This document shows, one piece after another, positions 12,103 through 24,662 of a stretch of 60,000 nucleotides of DNA. Both the position numbers and the translations under genes were made by a program. The stretch is from Mobula hypostoma (Eukaryota). The notes beneath the pieces were generated by a model, which saw only the letters and a program-made list of their open reading frames with translations, searched no databases and was not told the DNA's origin. Each line of letters opens with the position of its first letter. Within the stretch, counting starts at the first letter, position 1. Location of the stretch: the NCBI RefSeq assembly GCF_963921235.1, contig NC_086097.1, positions 149,546,001-149,606,000 of the forward strand, in the 5' to 3' direction.

Positions 12103-14281
12103 AATAGTTCATTCATTGAGCGGCAGTGTCATGAAGTAGTCTGCTGGGAGTGTTGGATACATTATACTTATCATTAGAGATGTGGTGTGATGTAACTATA
12201 AACATGACATTATACTTTTTGTGGTCAGGACTTTCCAATTTTGGGGACATTTCTCATGTTGTTTCCCCCCTCAGTGTAAATTGATTACCATAATAGCAAT
12301 ATATTATTATTACATTGTATGGTATGGAAGGCAGACCTGATATACTTTAGTCTAGCAGTTCCTCTGCTATAAAGGTACACAGAAAGAAAGGGCATTTATA
12401 TATTATTCTAAGCAGCACCAAATTCTGTGCTCTGAAAATTAGGCATGGGTAAGAAACAATATGGGACAAAGGTGGTAAAAAGTGTTTGATTTTCTAATGG
12501 ATTAAGAGAACTGTTCAGCATCTGTAACGCACAGACCTTTGCTGCTTTCCATTTACTCTTGTGATATTATGAACAATCAGCTGATTCCTAGCCGCACAAA
12601 ATGCTGGAAGAATCTTCCAGAGATGCAGCCTGACCTGTTGAGTTCCTCCAGCATTTTGTGTGTGTTGCTCTGGATTTCCAGCATCTGCAGGATCTCTTGT
12701 GTTTGATTCCTGACCAACCTACTTCCCACCACAACTGTGGATTGCAGACCACATCCTAGGATCAGAAAGGCAGAGTGTTGGCATTGAAGATGTTAAGCTG
12801 GGCAGATTATGAAGACTGAGTTTTAGACTAGCTAACACAAAACCGATGAATATTTGAAACTGAAGCAGATCGAGAAGATGTTTTAGAAAGCGCAGTCATC
12901 TCAATGCAGATGGAGGCAAAAAAAAAACAGCTCGAGAGAAAGGAGGGTCAACAGGAACAGAGGAACAGAGCATTTCCAAGAACCAAGAAATGATGCAAGG
13001 TTTCAGAGACTTGCATATTACTGTCCGCCTGTTACCATTGTTAGTATTCTAGGAGCTACAGATTATGCACTTTCAGAATTTCATCTGTTAGAATGAGTGT
13101 GATTCAGTAACACACCTACAGACTTTGTGTCAGTGAGCCAGGCCTACAATTTATGCCAAATACTTTTCTCCTGTGAATATGCTGCTCCTTTAGATCACAG
13201 TGGACAAAACTTAAAACTAATTTATCATTTTTCTTGGCTGAACTTCATAAATTAAATTCATAAATTTAATGGCCCTTGAGGTAAATATCATATGGAGCAT
13301 AGTTTTACACCCACTCCAGCTTCTGAGCCCTCCAATCTGAAAAAGGGCTGTAAAATGTTTGAAGATTCTTATTACTATCCCAGTGTTCTCCCCTTCTTTT
13401 CACTCACCTTTTGTCTAATTGCTGTGTTACTGGACAAGGTTAAAAATTTATATTTCCGTCATTATAATCTCTCTCATGCTGTGTTGTTGCAAATTAAACA
13501 AGCTGATCAATGATGAAAGGAATCCCTGCCCTTTGGATTCAACTCAGACTTTCATTTTTGTACATTGCCCATGGAGACAGGGAGGCATTACATTTCTATT
13601 TTAACAGCTGGAATCAGTTTCCTTGGAATAATCATTAGTTAGATGCTAGCAACAGGTACTCTCAGCTTAAACCCTGTGAGCTGCACAAATGAAAAATAAC
13701 GATTTCAGCTAATGTATCTTATCTGTGTTTACTACTGACTGTGAGCTGAATATTGATAAATTTCATTAAAGTTCAAAGTGAATTTGCATATGCCACCATA
13801 TACAACCCTGAGATTAATTTTTTTGCGGGCAATCACTGTGCATACAAGAAACACAACAGAATCAATGAAAGACTACACCCAATGGGTTGGACATACAACT
13901 ATTGTGCAAATAAAAAACTAACTGTGCAACTACAAAAAGAAAGAGCAAAAAAAAATAAATAAATAAACAATAAATATCAAGAACATGAGATGCAGAGTTC
14001 TTGAAAGTGAGTCCAGTTCAGTGACGAGTTGAGTGAAGTATCCCCTCTAGTTCAAGAGCCTGATGGATGAGGGGTAATAACTGTTCCTGAACCTGGTGGT
14101 GCAGGTCCTGAGCCTCCTTCCTGTGCACTAGCAAAAGGAGAGCTTGGCCTCACTTCCCGAGAAGAGGGGTTAGCTATTTTATGTAGATTTCATCCAGTTT
14201 GTTTTTGGATTGTCATCCACTTTTTGCTTATAATTGCATCTGACACTGAGAGGACCAACAGTATATCTCCTCAATCTACGA

Positions 14282-14809
14282 TAGGGATTCTTAATATTTT
14301 ACTATGCCAGGGATGCCTTTGGCAGTCCGATGAAACCTATGGACTCCTCAGAATAATGTAGTTACATATATAAAATCAATTACATAGGATTACAAAAACA
14401 ATTATATTGAAATGGTTATTAAAATATTAAAAATATTTGTGATGTAGTAATATATGTACCTCTTTAATGCATTAGACTACAGTACATTTAAAATACAGGT
14501 AAGTTACAATTAAATTTTATTTTTTTTAAGATGCTTGGCTTGAATAAGAACATTAAACTGTGGAGTGGTCTTTGACAAAGCAACCATAATTTTGAAGTAG
14601 TGATGAACGTGCTGTGAACAATTGTAATATTAAAGTCCCAGATATTGTTAGTACTATTGTGGTTTGTTGCCTACATTCATAACTGAAGGAAATGCTAAAT
14701 TTCAGTTAGAGGTTAGTGAAAATAGAGGTAAAAGCTTTTCCCATCCAAGTTCATGGATGTCCTGGAATCTATCCAAGAATCTCTGAGGAGTCTGTAGACC
14801 CAACCACTG
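14282..14809 (+). mobile_element. hAT non-autonomous element, Charlie4a-like
   Basis: Degenerate TIRs (tagggattcttaa ... aaccactg) and degenerate 8-bp TSD atctacga/ttctataa (NTCTAGAN type). The internal sequence gtggtttgttgcctacattcataactgaaggaaatgctaaatttcagttagaggttagtgaaaat matches my recollection of Charlie4a. Confidence 0.65.
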
Positions 14810-16249
14810 TTCTATAAGGTTTAAGGATTCATAAAGAAATAGAAAACCATTGAGAACGAAGTTGTTTTAGGTTATAACTATGTTAAGTCAGACGTTAAAG
14901 GAATACTTTGTATCTGAAACTTCAGGGAGTTGATAAGTGTGTTACAGCCAGTGAATCTCTGAGTTGCAATCAATGCTGCAAAAGAGAAATACAATAATCA
15001 CTTATGCCGAGCAAGATTGAAATGATGACACCGGTATCTATTATAGTGATATTGGTTCAGAAATACCTATAGGCTAAGACACCTCCTTCAGAACAGTGGT
15101 GACTGAGAGAGCGGATAGTTCCTCTGCTATCATCATTTCTCAAAGAAACTGAAATGCTGATTCAGTAGGTGTTTGACTGTCCCTTAGTACTGTGTTACTT
15201 GTCAACTCTGACTTTTGAAGGGAGGGGACAAAATGAAATAAGCTGAATGAGATTTAAAAAGTGGATTTAAAAAAAGAATAAAAAAGGATAGAAAGGAAAA
15301 AAAATTCAATAAATAGTTTACAAGTTAGCAATGCAAACATTTCCCATGATAATTTATTGCCTGTACAATTGCGACTTCTGGATCAAACTGTTAACTGACA
15401 TTGAATTAACAATCGTCACTGCACTGCTGATATTAATATTGCCAACCATAGTACATTTGGGAATTTGTATAAACTTTCCTTATTGCGGATGGGAATGAAC
15501 AGCTGATGTTTCAGTCTGAGACTTTTCATTTGGACTGGGATGAAGGGCTTCAGCCAAAATGTTGACTGTTGCTTCCTCTCCATAGGTGATGACTGACTGG
15601 TAGAGTTCATTATGTGTTGCTCAAGATTTACAGCATCTCTTGTGTTTAAAACTTCCCTTGCCACATTTTTAAGCAGATACTTCAGTAAATCTTGTGGGCT
15701 GAAGTGATGACTAAAAAAACCCTTTGCATTCTGCCAATTTTGAGTCGGTTGCTCATTGTCGATGACTTGGGTAAAATTCTGGATTCTAAGGTTGCAAACC
15801 ACAGGCTCTAACCACTACTTCTCCCCCGAACACGGGAGTTTGTTATCATTAAATCAGAGTCATGTTACTCAAGAAAGGTCTGATACCAATCTGCAGTTTA
15901 GTTGCCGTCATCTGAGGTTTTATGATGCACAACATTTTACGGACAGTTGATTCCTTCAGCTGTGAGGTTCAGATTAAAGAGTTGGGTCCCACAAGAGGGG
16001 ATGGAAAAAATGCTGGAAAGTCTGTCCGAGAGATTGCCTGAGGTCAATCCTACTTTGCCAAGTTTTCCTTTATCAGGGTCTTTGAATTCTTCACACCACA
16101 CTGTAGTAAAGTTGCTTAATTTATAGTAACAACTTATGGACTATAGAATTATAAATAATTCAGAAACTTTTAAAAGAATTGCACTTAGTATACGTTTGTT
16201 TAATTTGTTATATGAGGCAGGAAACTGATCCGAGCCAATATAATTGAAA

Positions 16250-16956
16250 CTGGCTCACATTGAATCACTGTGAACTGTGTACCCTGGAGAGCATTCTAAC
16301 TGGTTGCAACACCGTCTGGTATGGTGGCAGGGGGATGGAGGGGGGGATCTGTACAGGATTGAAAATACCTGCAGAAAGTTGTAAACGCATTCAGCTCCAT
16401 CATGGGCACCAGCATCCAGGACAATTTCAAGGAGCGATGTCTCAAAAAGGTGGCATCCACCATTAAGGATCCTTGTTGCCCAGGATATGCCCTCTGCCCT
16501 CTTCTCATAGCTACCATTGGGGAAAAGGTACAGGAGCCTGAAGGCACACACTCAGTGACATTTTTTCTCTTTTTGCCCTACTTATTTAATTTAACTTTCT
16601 ATATAAAGTTATATTCACATTGTATCTACACTGTGAATTATATAGGCAACTGTTAGTCTCATGAGACCATGGATTTGTGCCTTGGAAGGTTTCCAGGGCG
16701 CAGGCCTGGGCAAGGTTGTATGGAAGACCAGCAGTTGCCCATGCTGCAAGTCTCCCCTCTCCACACCACTGATGTTGTCCAAGGGAAGGGCATTAGGACC
16801 CATACAGCTTGGCACCGGTGTCATCGCAGAGCAGTGTGTGGTTAAGTGCCTTGCTCAAGGACACACACGCTGCCTCAGCCAAGGCTGGAACTAGTGACCT
16901 TCAAATCACTAGATGAATGCCTTAACCACTTGGCCACTTACTGTGAATTACAGTGA

Positions 16957-16987
<31 letters not shown>

Positions 16988-17085
16988 CTGTAATTTACAA
17001 TTTTTATTTTTATGTATGGTAATGCACTGCTGCCACATAATAACAAATTTCATGACATATGCAAATTATATTCAATCTGATTCTG
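16250..17085 (+). mobile_element. Rex1/L2-like LINE 3' relic, interrupted by a SINE
   Basis: ORF pieces TLESILTGCNTVWYG and ERCLKKVASTIKDPCCPG, typical of this class of RT C-terminus. Confidence 0.55.
16641..16939 (-). mobile_element. tRNA-derived SINE
   Basis: Minus-strand head gtggccaagtggttaaggc (A box) with a B-box-like gttccagcc. 11-bp TSD actgtgaatta at 16630-16640 and 16940-16950. Confidence 0.8.
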
Positions 17086-18053
17086 ATTGTGTCATTTTAC
17101 ATCAAAGCTAATTTCATTTCTGTTTGCTTCTGCTCCCTCTCCAGAGTCCTTGCATCATTGCCAAGCAATGCACCCTGGAATTACCCCACTTACCCCCAAG
17201 CCACTGCTTTATACAGTTCTACCATGATTTCATCATGCAATATCTCTATTTAAAAAGTACAACATAAGAATTTTTCAACACTTTTCTCAACTGTCAACAG
17301 ACTATGCACATATAGCTGCAGATCATCCTGCTTTTGCCCGAAGACTCCAGCCTCCAGCCAATTGATCTCAAAGTTTGTTTCCTTTTCTCTTTCTTCCTAA
17401 AAATGCAACACTTCACATTTCTCGCATTAACTTTCATCAACACCCATCTGCCCCTTCCACCAGCCTTTCTCTGAATTCTGGAAGCCTCTTACTAGTCTCA
17501 TTGAAATCACAGTGCCACTAAGCTTTAATTACCTGACAAAATTGGAAAATGTACCTTACAAAACACCAATGCCCAGGAATGGAAAACCCAGTCCATCACA
17601 TGCAAAAGCCTCCCCACCTTTGAGAACATCAACATGGAGTGCTGCATCCTGGAAAGCTCCTTCAATCATCATGGACCCCCACCAATCAGCCCGTGGTCTA
17701 ATCTCACTAATACCATCGAGCTAGGCGTGCAGAAGCCTTTGGTTGCACACCACCAGGTTCAGGAGCAGTTATTATCCTGCAACTATCAGGCTCCTGAACC
17801 AATGTGGATAACTATACTCATCACGATACTGAACTGATTCCACAACCTACAGACTCACTTTCAAGAACTCTATAACTCATAACTGTTAGACTTCTAGTAG
17901 ACAGTAAAATTTCAGACAGTAGAGAAGTAATGGTGCAGGATATTTACTTCATTAATGGAGACTGGTTTAATAATCTAGAAAACTTGAGTGCAGATCCATT
18001 TGTAATCTAAATTTATGCTTTACTGTCCTGGAGAATCTTGAGATAGAATAAAT

Positions 18054-18330
18054 TGGGGCAGCTGGGTAGCGTAGTGGTTAGCGCAGTGCTATTACAGATT
18101 GGGGCATTCCGGAGTTCTGGGTTCAATTCGGGAACCATCTGTAAAGAGTTTGTACATTCTCCCCAAGACAGTGTGGATTTCCTCCAGGTGCTCCAGTTTT
18201 TTCCCACATTCCACAGATAAATTGGTTTGTAGGTCAATTTTCCTGTGATTAGGCTAATGTTAGAAAGGTGGGTTGCTGGGTGGTATGGCTTGTTGGGCCA
18301 GAGGACCTGTACCATGCAATATAAGTAAAT
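18054..18330 (+). mobile_element. HE1/V-SINE-type tRNA-derived SINE
   Basis: A box gtagcgtagtggttag, B box ggttcaattc, and V-domain core gtggatttcctccaggtgctccagttttttcccacattcca. Confidence 0.75.
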
Positions 18331-18624
18331 GAAACTATACTTTATAATTTCTGTAAGGAAGGAAATTTTCCTTTATCGCCTAGTATTACTGCATATAACT
18401 CCAGTTCTGCAATTTCAGTCAACTCTTAAATTTCCCTCATGTAATGACCCTTAAGGAATGGGGCATATTGCTTTTCCTGACCCTCTGGTATGAACTAATT
18501 AGACGGTGATGTCACATAGTATTCCAGCTTCCCAGTAGTGAAACTTTCATGGGCATTCAGGTTATGGCAACAGCTCAGAAGTTCAGTGTATCCATAATGT
18601 GTGAGCTGGATGTAAAGCAAAGCC

Positions 18625-18797
18625 TCTCCTGTCTTCTCCAATCATTTCGGGTCTCCCTCTCCCCCCTTCCACTTTCAAATCTCTTACTATCTCTTTTTTC
18701 CGTTAGTCCTGACGAAGGGTCTCGATCCGAAATGTCGACTGTACTTATAGATGCTGCCTGGCCTGCTGTGTTCCACCAGCATTTTGTGTGTGTTGTG
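18625..18797 (+). mobile_element. Penelope-like terminal-repeat fragment (same family as 7408-7895)
   Basis: Reverse complement of the 7410-7580 segment, ending in ccagcattttgtgtgtgttg. Confidence 0.7.
18705..18740 (+). ncRNA. Minimal type-I hammerhead ribozyme motif (sense to TG)
   Basis: AGTC-CTGACGA-A-GGGT(CTCG)ATCC-GAAA-TG-TC-GACT: core intact, stem I AGUC/GACU, stem II with a G-U pair. The stem III palindrome is mutated (ATGT). Confidence 0.6.
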
Positions 18798-19663
18798 TAA
18801 AGTAAACCTTTCCTTTTTGGGATTGTTATCTGCTGTGCCTCAGTGCATTCTGAAAATCTTGCACCTACAAAGAAACTATACAGTACCTTCTCATGGAATG
18901 TAGAGATTGGCAATGGCAATTTGTCCATACGCATGCATCCATAAAAGATAATGTACCCTTGTCTCAGAAAGGAGATTTTATAGTGCAGATTTAACAAAAT
19001 TTGTGTTTTTTCCCCCCAAGTACAGTCAGAAATGTAGGCCTGTGCCTAATAAGGCTACATGAATAGCAACGAGAAAACAACACATCTGAGTGGGGTGTCT
19101 TTTAAATTCGGACATAAGCAACCACAGAGAGGGTTCTAAGCTTTTCTTTGACGTAGTGGCTGAGAGGGCAAACAGATGTTTTGCTTCACATCATATCCAA
19201 AAGAATGTGCCTCCAACTGTGAAGCGCTTCTGTATCTCCAGTCTGGATAATATATCACAATCTAAAATGGTGTCTGAAGTAGAATTTGACGTGACGTTAA
19301 GGCCACTGCTGAAAGAGTTTTAGCTAAGTAATCAATTATCCCTGAAGCAGATGCAAAAAAAAATTCATATCTTATAACGTGAACAAAAGCTACTTTTCTT
19401 TGATTACCTTAAAAGATTTTACTGTACTTGATCTTCTGTCTTGGCCTGTATTTTCTGCACTATTACCTAGACACTTACTGGAATGAAATAATTAGCACTT
19501 TGAGAAGACACAGTGATATGGCTTAACAACTTGCAGTGGTCATAATTTTCATAATGTGAGATGGCAAAAAGGTCCCTAAACTATTCAGGGAAGTGCCTTA
19601 CTTCACGCCATGCTACAGATTATCAATCAGCAGTGGATTTGAATAACACTTTCTATCCTACAG

Positions 19664-19772
19664 ATGTGCTAAAAGGCCCAGTGAAAAACTTCTACACCCG
19701 CTTGCCATTTCAACAACTGCAGGGGTTCTCAGTAAGAAAATGGTTGAATATGAGACAAGGAGTCCAAGCTGG
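19664..19772 (+). CDS. TG: Thyroglobulin exon (exon 32 equivalent)
   Basis: ctacag|...|gtaagt, 109 bp, phase 1-2. Encodes DVLKGPVKNFYTRLPFQQLQGFSVRKWLNMRQGVQAG, similar to human VKNFYTRLPFQKLMGISIR. Confidence 0.95.
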
Positions 19773-21442
19773 GTAAGTATTCACCTTCTGAGTCACTTTC
19801 GTACTGAAGAGCTCGCTCTCTCTGGGTTCACACTTTGCTTATTTCCTTGCGATTTCTCCACCATTTCTGATTAACTTCGTTTATACAGCTTCATGACATT
19901 ACCTGACAAAAGCTTACCAGTCCCAGTCATGAATGCTCCAATTGTTTTGGTAGCAAAAGTATTCTGAGAAGCAAACTTCCAAATTCTAAGACCCTTTGTG
20001 TACAAAACTTGCTCCTGATTTCACCGCAGAAAGCAAGCTCTAATTTTAAAGTTTTATAAAGTTTTTTCTAAAGAAAGTAACTTTCTAATATTATATTTCT
20101 CAGTCAGGTTATTTTTATGCACAAGCCATTTTCACAATCTGTCATGTGAAATTTTTTAAGCACTAGTATCAATTTGCTAAATCTGTGTAACATTACCATA
20201 AAAGGCAAACAAACCCAGCTGTAGTCCAATTTTAAGAGCTTAGTACAGTACTGTAGTTGGGTTCAGTCTCAATTAAAGCCACGCCTCTTGAGATAAGCGT
20301 TAGTATTTGGTTTGCTTTTGTTCAAGGAATTATAGAATCATAGAGCATAGAAAGAGGCCCTTTTGCTCCACCTTGTCCCTGTCAATTGTGATGTCTCTGT
20401 TCCTGACATGTACTCTATATGTCCTACCAGATTTTGACCACCCAAAGTGAATTACCTCACCCTTGTCTGGAATAGAATTCCATCTGTTACCACTCTGCTC
20501 AGCTTTTCAACTGATCTACCCATTGTGCCATTAGACACCCTTCTTCAATACCTACAACTCCACCAATTTTTTTCATCAGCTAAATTAGTCATCATTTCTT
20601 TTATATTTTCATTTAAGTCATATATAGAACCAATCCCTGCAGTACACCAGTGCAGGAAACACTTCCTTCCATTATCCTCCATCTCCTATCACCTCACTGT
20701 TCACTTGGTCAATGTTAAGGCTCTGGCAACAGTCCAGGAACTTTGCAAGATCTTTGATCAATCCGTACATCATAAAATAATATAGGTAGTGGGTCAATAG
20801 TGTTCCTCTTTGTTATATATTTATACTAGTGTTGTGTATAGATGTTCCTTTAAGATTGTTGGATCATAGTGATTTTACAGAACTGCATACATTGCTAATT
20901 ATTCTTACATTGTATGCATCGGGAATTTTTTTGATCCCCCCCCCATGATTCAGTGAGTGAAACAGAGACAGTGATCTTCAGTTGTCAAGAGCAGCTTAGA
21001 AGAATCCACAATACATATCAATGCCCCTTTCATTGATAGGGCTCTTCAAGCTTTGTCTTGAGCCTCCAAGCACAGCTGTGGAATATTGACCAAAGTTCAG
21101 ACTTCGAGTCATTTTCCCTACTGTTTATTAATTTTCTGCAAGAGAAAAGTGAATAAACCATAATTTAGGAAACAGTGACCTATCAGATGCAGTCAACAAC
21201 TGAAGAAGAAATAAGATAAAACTTGTTCATCTCCTGCACGTCTGTATTTCTTTTCAAACAATAGTCATGGAGCTGTAATGAAATCTAAGAGCTCCCTGTG
21301 GGGTTCTCCATGCTGCGTGTTTCTCCCCCAGCTTCTGGGTGTAAACAATTGACTTGGATCTTGAACCTCTGAGCAAGAGGTTCAATGAATATTGCTCTAA
21401 AGAATATTGTTTAATAATTTTTTTTGTTTCTTTTAACTTAAG

Positions 21443-21522
21443 GTTTTTTGAATGTGAACGGTTATGTGATGAAGATTTTTGCTGCAAGGGCTTTGGATTT
21501 CTGAAAGGACAGCAGACACCAG
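21443..21522 (+). CDS. TG: Thyroglobulin exon (exon 33 equivalent)
   Basis: cttaag|...|gtatta, 80 bp, phase 2-1. Encodes FFECERLCDEDFCCKGFGFLKGQQTP, similar to human FFECERRCDADPCCTGFGFL. Confidence 0.95.
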
Positions 21523-21779
21523 GTATTAGTTAATGGTGAATAAATGAGAACAGTGTGGCATATTTTATAGAGAGAAGGGAAGAAGCCAATGAATAAATGT
21601 TAAAGGGGCAGAAGAGGTTGTGTAAATAAAGTGAATAGCTAATATCTAAATTCCTAGCCCCTCTCCCGCTCCACCTGATCATAAACACTTGTGGTTATTC
21701 AAAATGTAGCAAAAGATACCAGATCCTGAAAACTATTGTGGCGTAAAGAGCAGAGGAAGCCAAAGCCAAAAGTATGCCC

Positions 21780-22135
21780 GCTCATATTGGCCAATGCTAC
21801 ACTGGGAATAAGGTGCTGGCTGTCCATTCTATCTGTGACTTACCTATATCAGCCTTTCCCTGCCTCAATGGGATGAACTTAACCAGAACCCTATGCAAGT
21901 ACTTCCTAAACAGCCTCCACATTTCTGTTGTACATTTCCCTGAGAACATTTGTTTCCAATTTGCACTTCCAAATTTGTCTAATAGCATCATAATCAACCT
22001 TCCTCCAATTAACTTCTTTCCATACTAACTGTCTGATCCTTGTGCAAGGCTTTGTCAGGGAGTTATGATCACTGTCTCTGAAATGCTCTTCCACTGAGAG
22101 ATCTGTCACTGGACCAAATTCATTGACTTGTACTA
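21780..22135 (-). mobile_element. CR1 LINE internal fragment
   Basis: ORFs LSVEEHFRDSDHNSL and MWRLFRKYLHRVL, homologous to the CR1 at about 40800-41100. Confidence 0.75.
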
Positions 22136-22147
22136 GAAATTGATAGG

Positions 22148-22211
22148 CAACAAGTCCTGAGATTTTCCAGATTATTCACCAAGAAAATCTGGAAAATCTC
22201 AGGACTTGTTG
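22148..22211. repeat. Perfect 26-bp inverted repeat (64-nt hairpin)
   Basis: caacaagtcctgagattttccagatt (22148-22173), 12-nt spacer, aatctggaaaatctcaggacttgttg (22186-22211). Confidence 0.95.
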
Positions 22212-22782
22212 ATTGACTGACTTTAGCAGTGTGTGCTAAATGCTTACTCAATGTTCTTGAGTATTGCTAGCAGTATGTGTGTGTGTGTGTGTGTGCATGT
22301 ACTTGCATAATTATGGTGAAATTTGTAGATGGAAGGCTTTGTGTGTCTGTGTTACTGTGTGAATGATTACCTTCATGGTAATAGCACTGTGGTGTTTGCT
22401 CGCCTATAACTACTGATGAGACTTGAAGCTAGCAGAAAGGACAAAACTGGAAAATCAATACTCCTTTATTCAGTAAAACCACACAACTACCAAATCTCAA
22501 ACTCTAAACTCAACCGTACTTCCCATAGCAGGACTATTTAAATGGTTTAACCAAAGAACATTTAAAAACTTGATGGAAAAATTATCAATTAGTGAAATTC
22601 AGCCTGGGATTGGTTGTCAGCTGACTAATAGGCATTACTTGTTTTGGCTCTCTGTAACAAGTACTCAATAACTGGATAATAATGAATGGAAGTAATGAAT
22701 GTGATTATTACCTCTATAATTGGCAAAGAGGAGTGAGGACTTCTTTATCGGTATTTATTTTCTCATTAAATACTTGTGATAG

Positions 22783-22923
22783 ATTCGGAGATTACTTGCC
22801 TTACACTGAATAGTTTTGGAGTGCAATCCTGCAGCGAGGAAGTACAAAGCTGGCATATCCTGGAATGTGAATCAGCTGACGTGAACCCTCTAATCTATCC
22901 ATTTGGATGGTATCAAAAGCCTG
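22783..22923 (+). CDS. TG: Thyroglobulin exon (exon 34 equivalent)
   Basis: tgatag|...|gtaagt, 141 bp. Encodes DSEITCLTLNSFGVQSCSEEVQSWHILECESADVNPLIYPFGWYQKP, similar to human EVTCLTLNSLGIQMCSEE...YPFGWYQKP. Confidence 0.96.
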
Positions 22924-24662
22924 GTAAGTATTCTATTTCCACTCGCTTCACCTTTAAAAAAGGATTTACATTCATCTTACTACAATTACATGTCTCACAG
23001 ATGGGAGACCAACATATTATTTGGCAATCCTCACTGCATTTTAATTTCTGATCTGTTTGTGTAACTTGAATGTACCTGGAGCTGACATTGGGTTCCCAAA
23101 TGTTCGCAAGTGTTCCATCCTCTTGTCCTAACATCCTCCTTGATGACTGTGGTACTCAATCCAAACATGCCACCATAAAGAATTAAAATTAAGCCACCAT
23201 ATTGCAGAATGGTTTCAGCATGGAAGGAAAGCCATTCACCCCCTCAAGTCTGGCCTAAAAATCACATCACTCCAAAAAAAAAATTAAAAATATGTAAAGT
23301 AACCAAATCGCAGAATGATTACAGTGCGGAAGGAAGTTATGTGACCCCTCTCCCGTTGCTCTGCAATCCTTTCAGATACTTATCCAGCTCCCTTTTAAAT
23401 GCTGCAATCAAATTTGTTTCCTTGACAATGCCTGGCAGTGAATTCCAGAACTAGTCACTGGTTGCAATAAAAAAAAGTCCTTGTATTTTGTCAATTTGCC
23501 AATCATTTTCACCCTATATTTCCTGGTTTTTGACGCCCAACTCCCTGTCAATGGGAAAATTTCCTCTTCAGTTCTCTGTGTTATCTATCATTTTAAACAC
23601 CTCTATTAGAAGATACTCAACCTATCCTTATAAATAAAGTCCCTAAATGCTGCAAACACTTCAGCTAATCCCCTTTGCAACTTTTCTGAAGTATTCACAT
23701 CTTTCCTAGTAGATGTAAACACTTTGGAGAGGTTGCAGAGGGACACCAAGGGTAGGACTAAAATATTCTAATTCTGTACAAAAAGTGTTTAATGATTTTA
23801 TCATAGCTTCCTTGCTCAGTGCTTCTTATGAAAACCAGGATTCCATGATTCTTTTTAATCCTTGTTTAACCTGGCCTGCAGCCTTCAATGAAAAATACAT
23901 ATAATGTATAACCTCAGACCATTCAGTTCCTTTAGCCATTCAGAATTGTGCCCTCCAATTTTTGCCTCTCCTCGTGCTTCTTCCCAAACTGTAAGTCTTC
24001 AGATTTCTAAGCACTATATTCATATGTTGTGTATTTTCCCATTCTAGCCACATGGCTATTTCTATTCTCTTCACAGTTCACAGTACCTCAAAGTTTTGTA
24101 TCATCTGCACATAGGTCATTGTTCCCAGAATATTCAATGTTAACTCATTAATACATATTAAGAGAAACATTTGTTCTAGTATTGAACCCAGGGAAACTCC
24201 TTTGTACCCACCACCTGTCCAAAAGACAATCTTTCACTTTTACTTTGTACCTCCTATTACATAGCCAGTTTTATCCATTTATTCCATATCCTTCAATGTT
24301 GATAACAAGTCTAAAATATGGCACCTTACTAATCACCATTTGAAAATCCATCTGTACCAAATCAACCACAATTCCCTTTCAATGTTGCTATATTAATAAG
24401 AGTGCTTTTCTTCTTTCGGCATAAACAATTTAGTTTCAAGGAGTGACATTTAAAATGAGATCATAAAACAAATCTGTATGGTAACTTGTTATCATCACAT
24501 ACACAGACACTTTCTGCAATCTAATTAGCATGTGCATGAGCACAAGTTAGTGGAAATAACTGCACCTTTTTTCCCTTTTAGGTACAAAATTTAAATGTTC
24601 AGCCTATCAACCACTATTAGGTACACCATTTACAAAAACAAACCTTTCTGGAAGCCTATATA

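Noticed and set aside
12780..12995. Coding-looking stretch (FETEADREDVLESAVISMQMEAKKKQLERKE)
   Set aside because: In-frame stops upstream and no identifiable homologue or splice sites; it cannot be supported as a pseudogene or viral relic without a search.
16880..18140. tRNA genes at the SINE heads (about 16880-16939 and 18054-18135)
   Set aside because: They have A/B boxes only, no full cloverleaf, and are attached to SINE bodies.
19145..19300. CRE half-sites (TGACG) as TSH/cAMP elements
   Set aside because: Short motifs expected by chance; no conservation data available.
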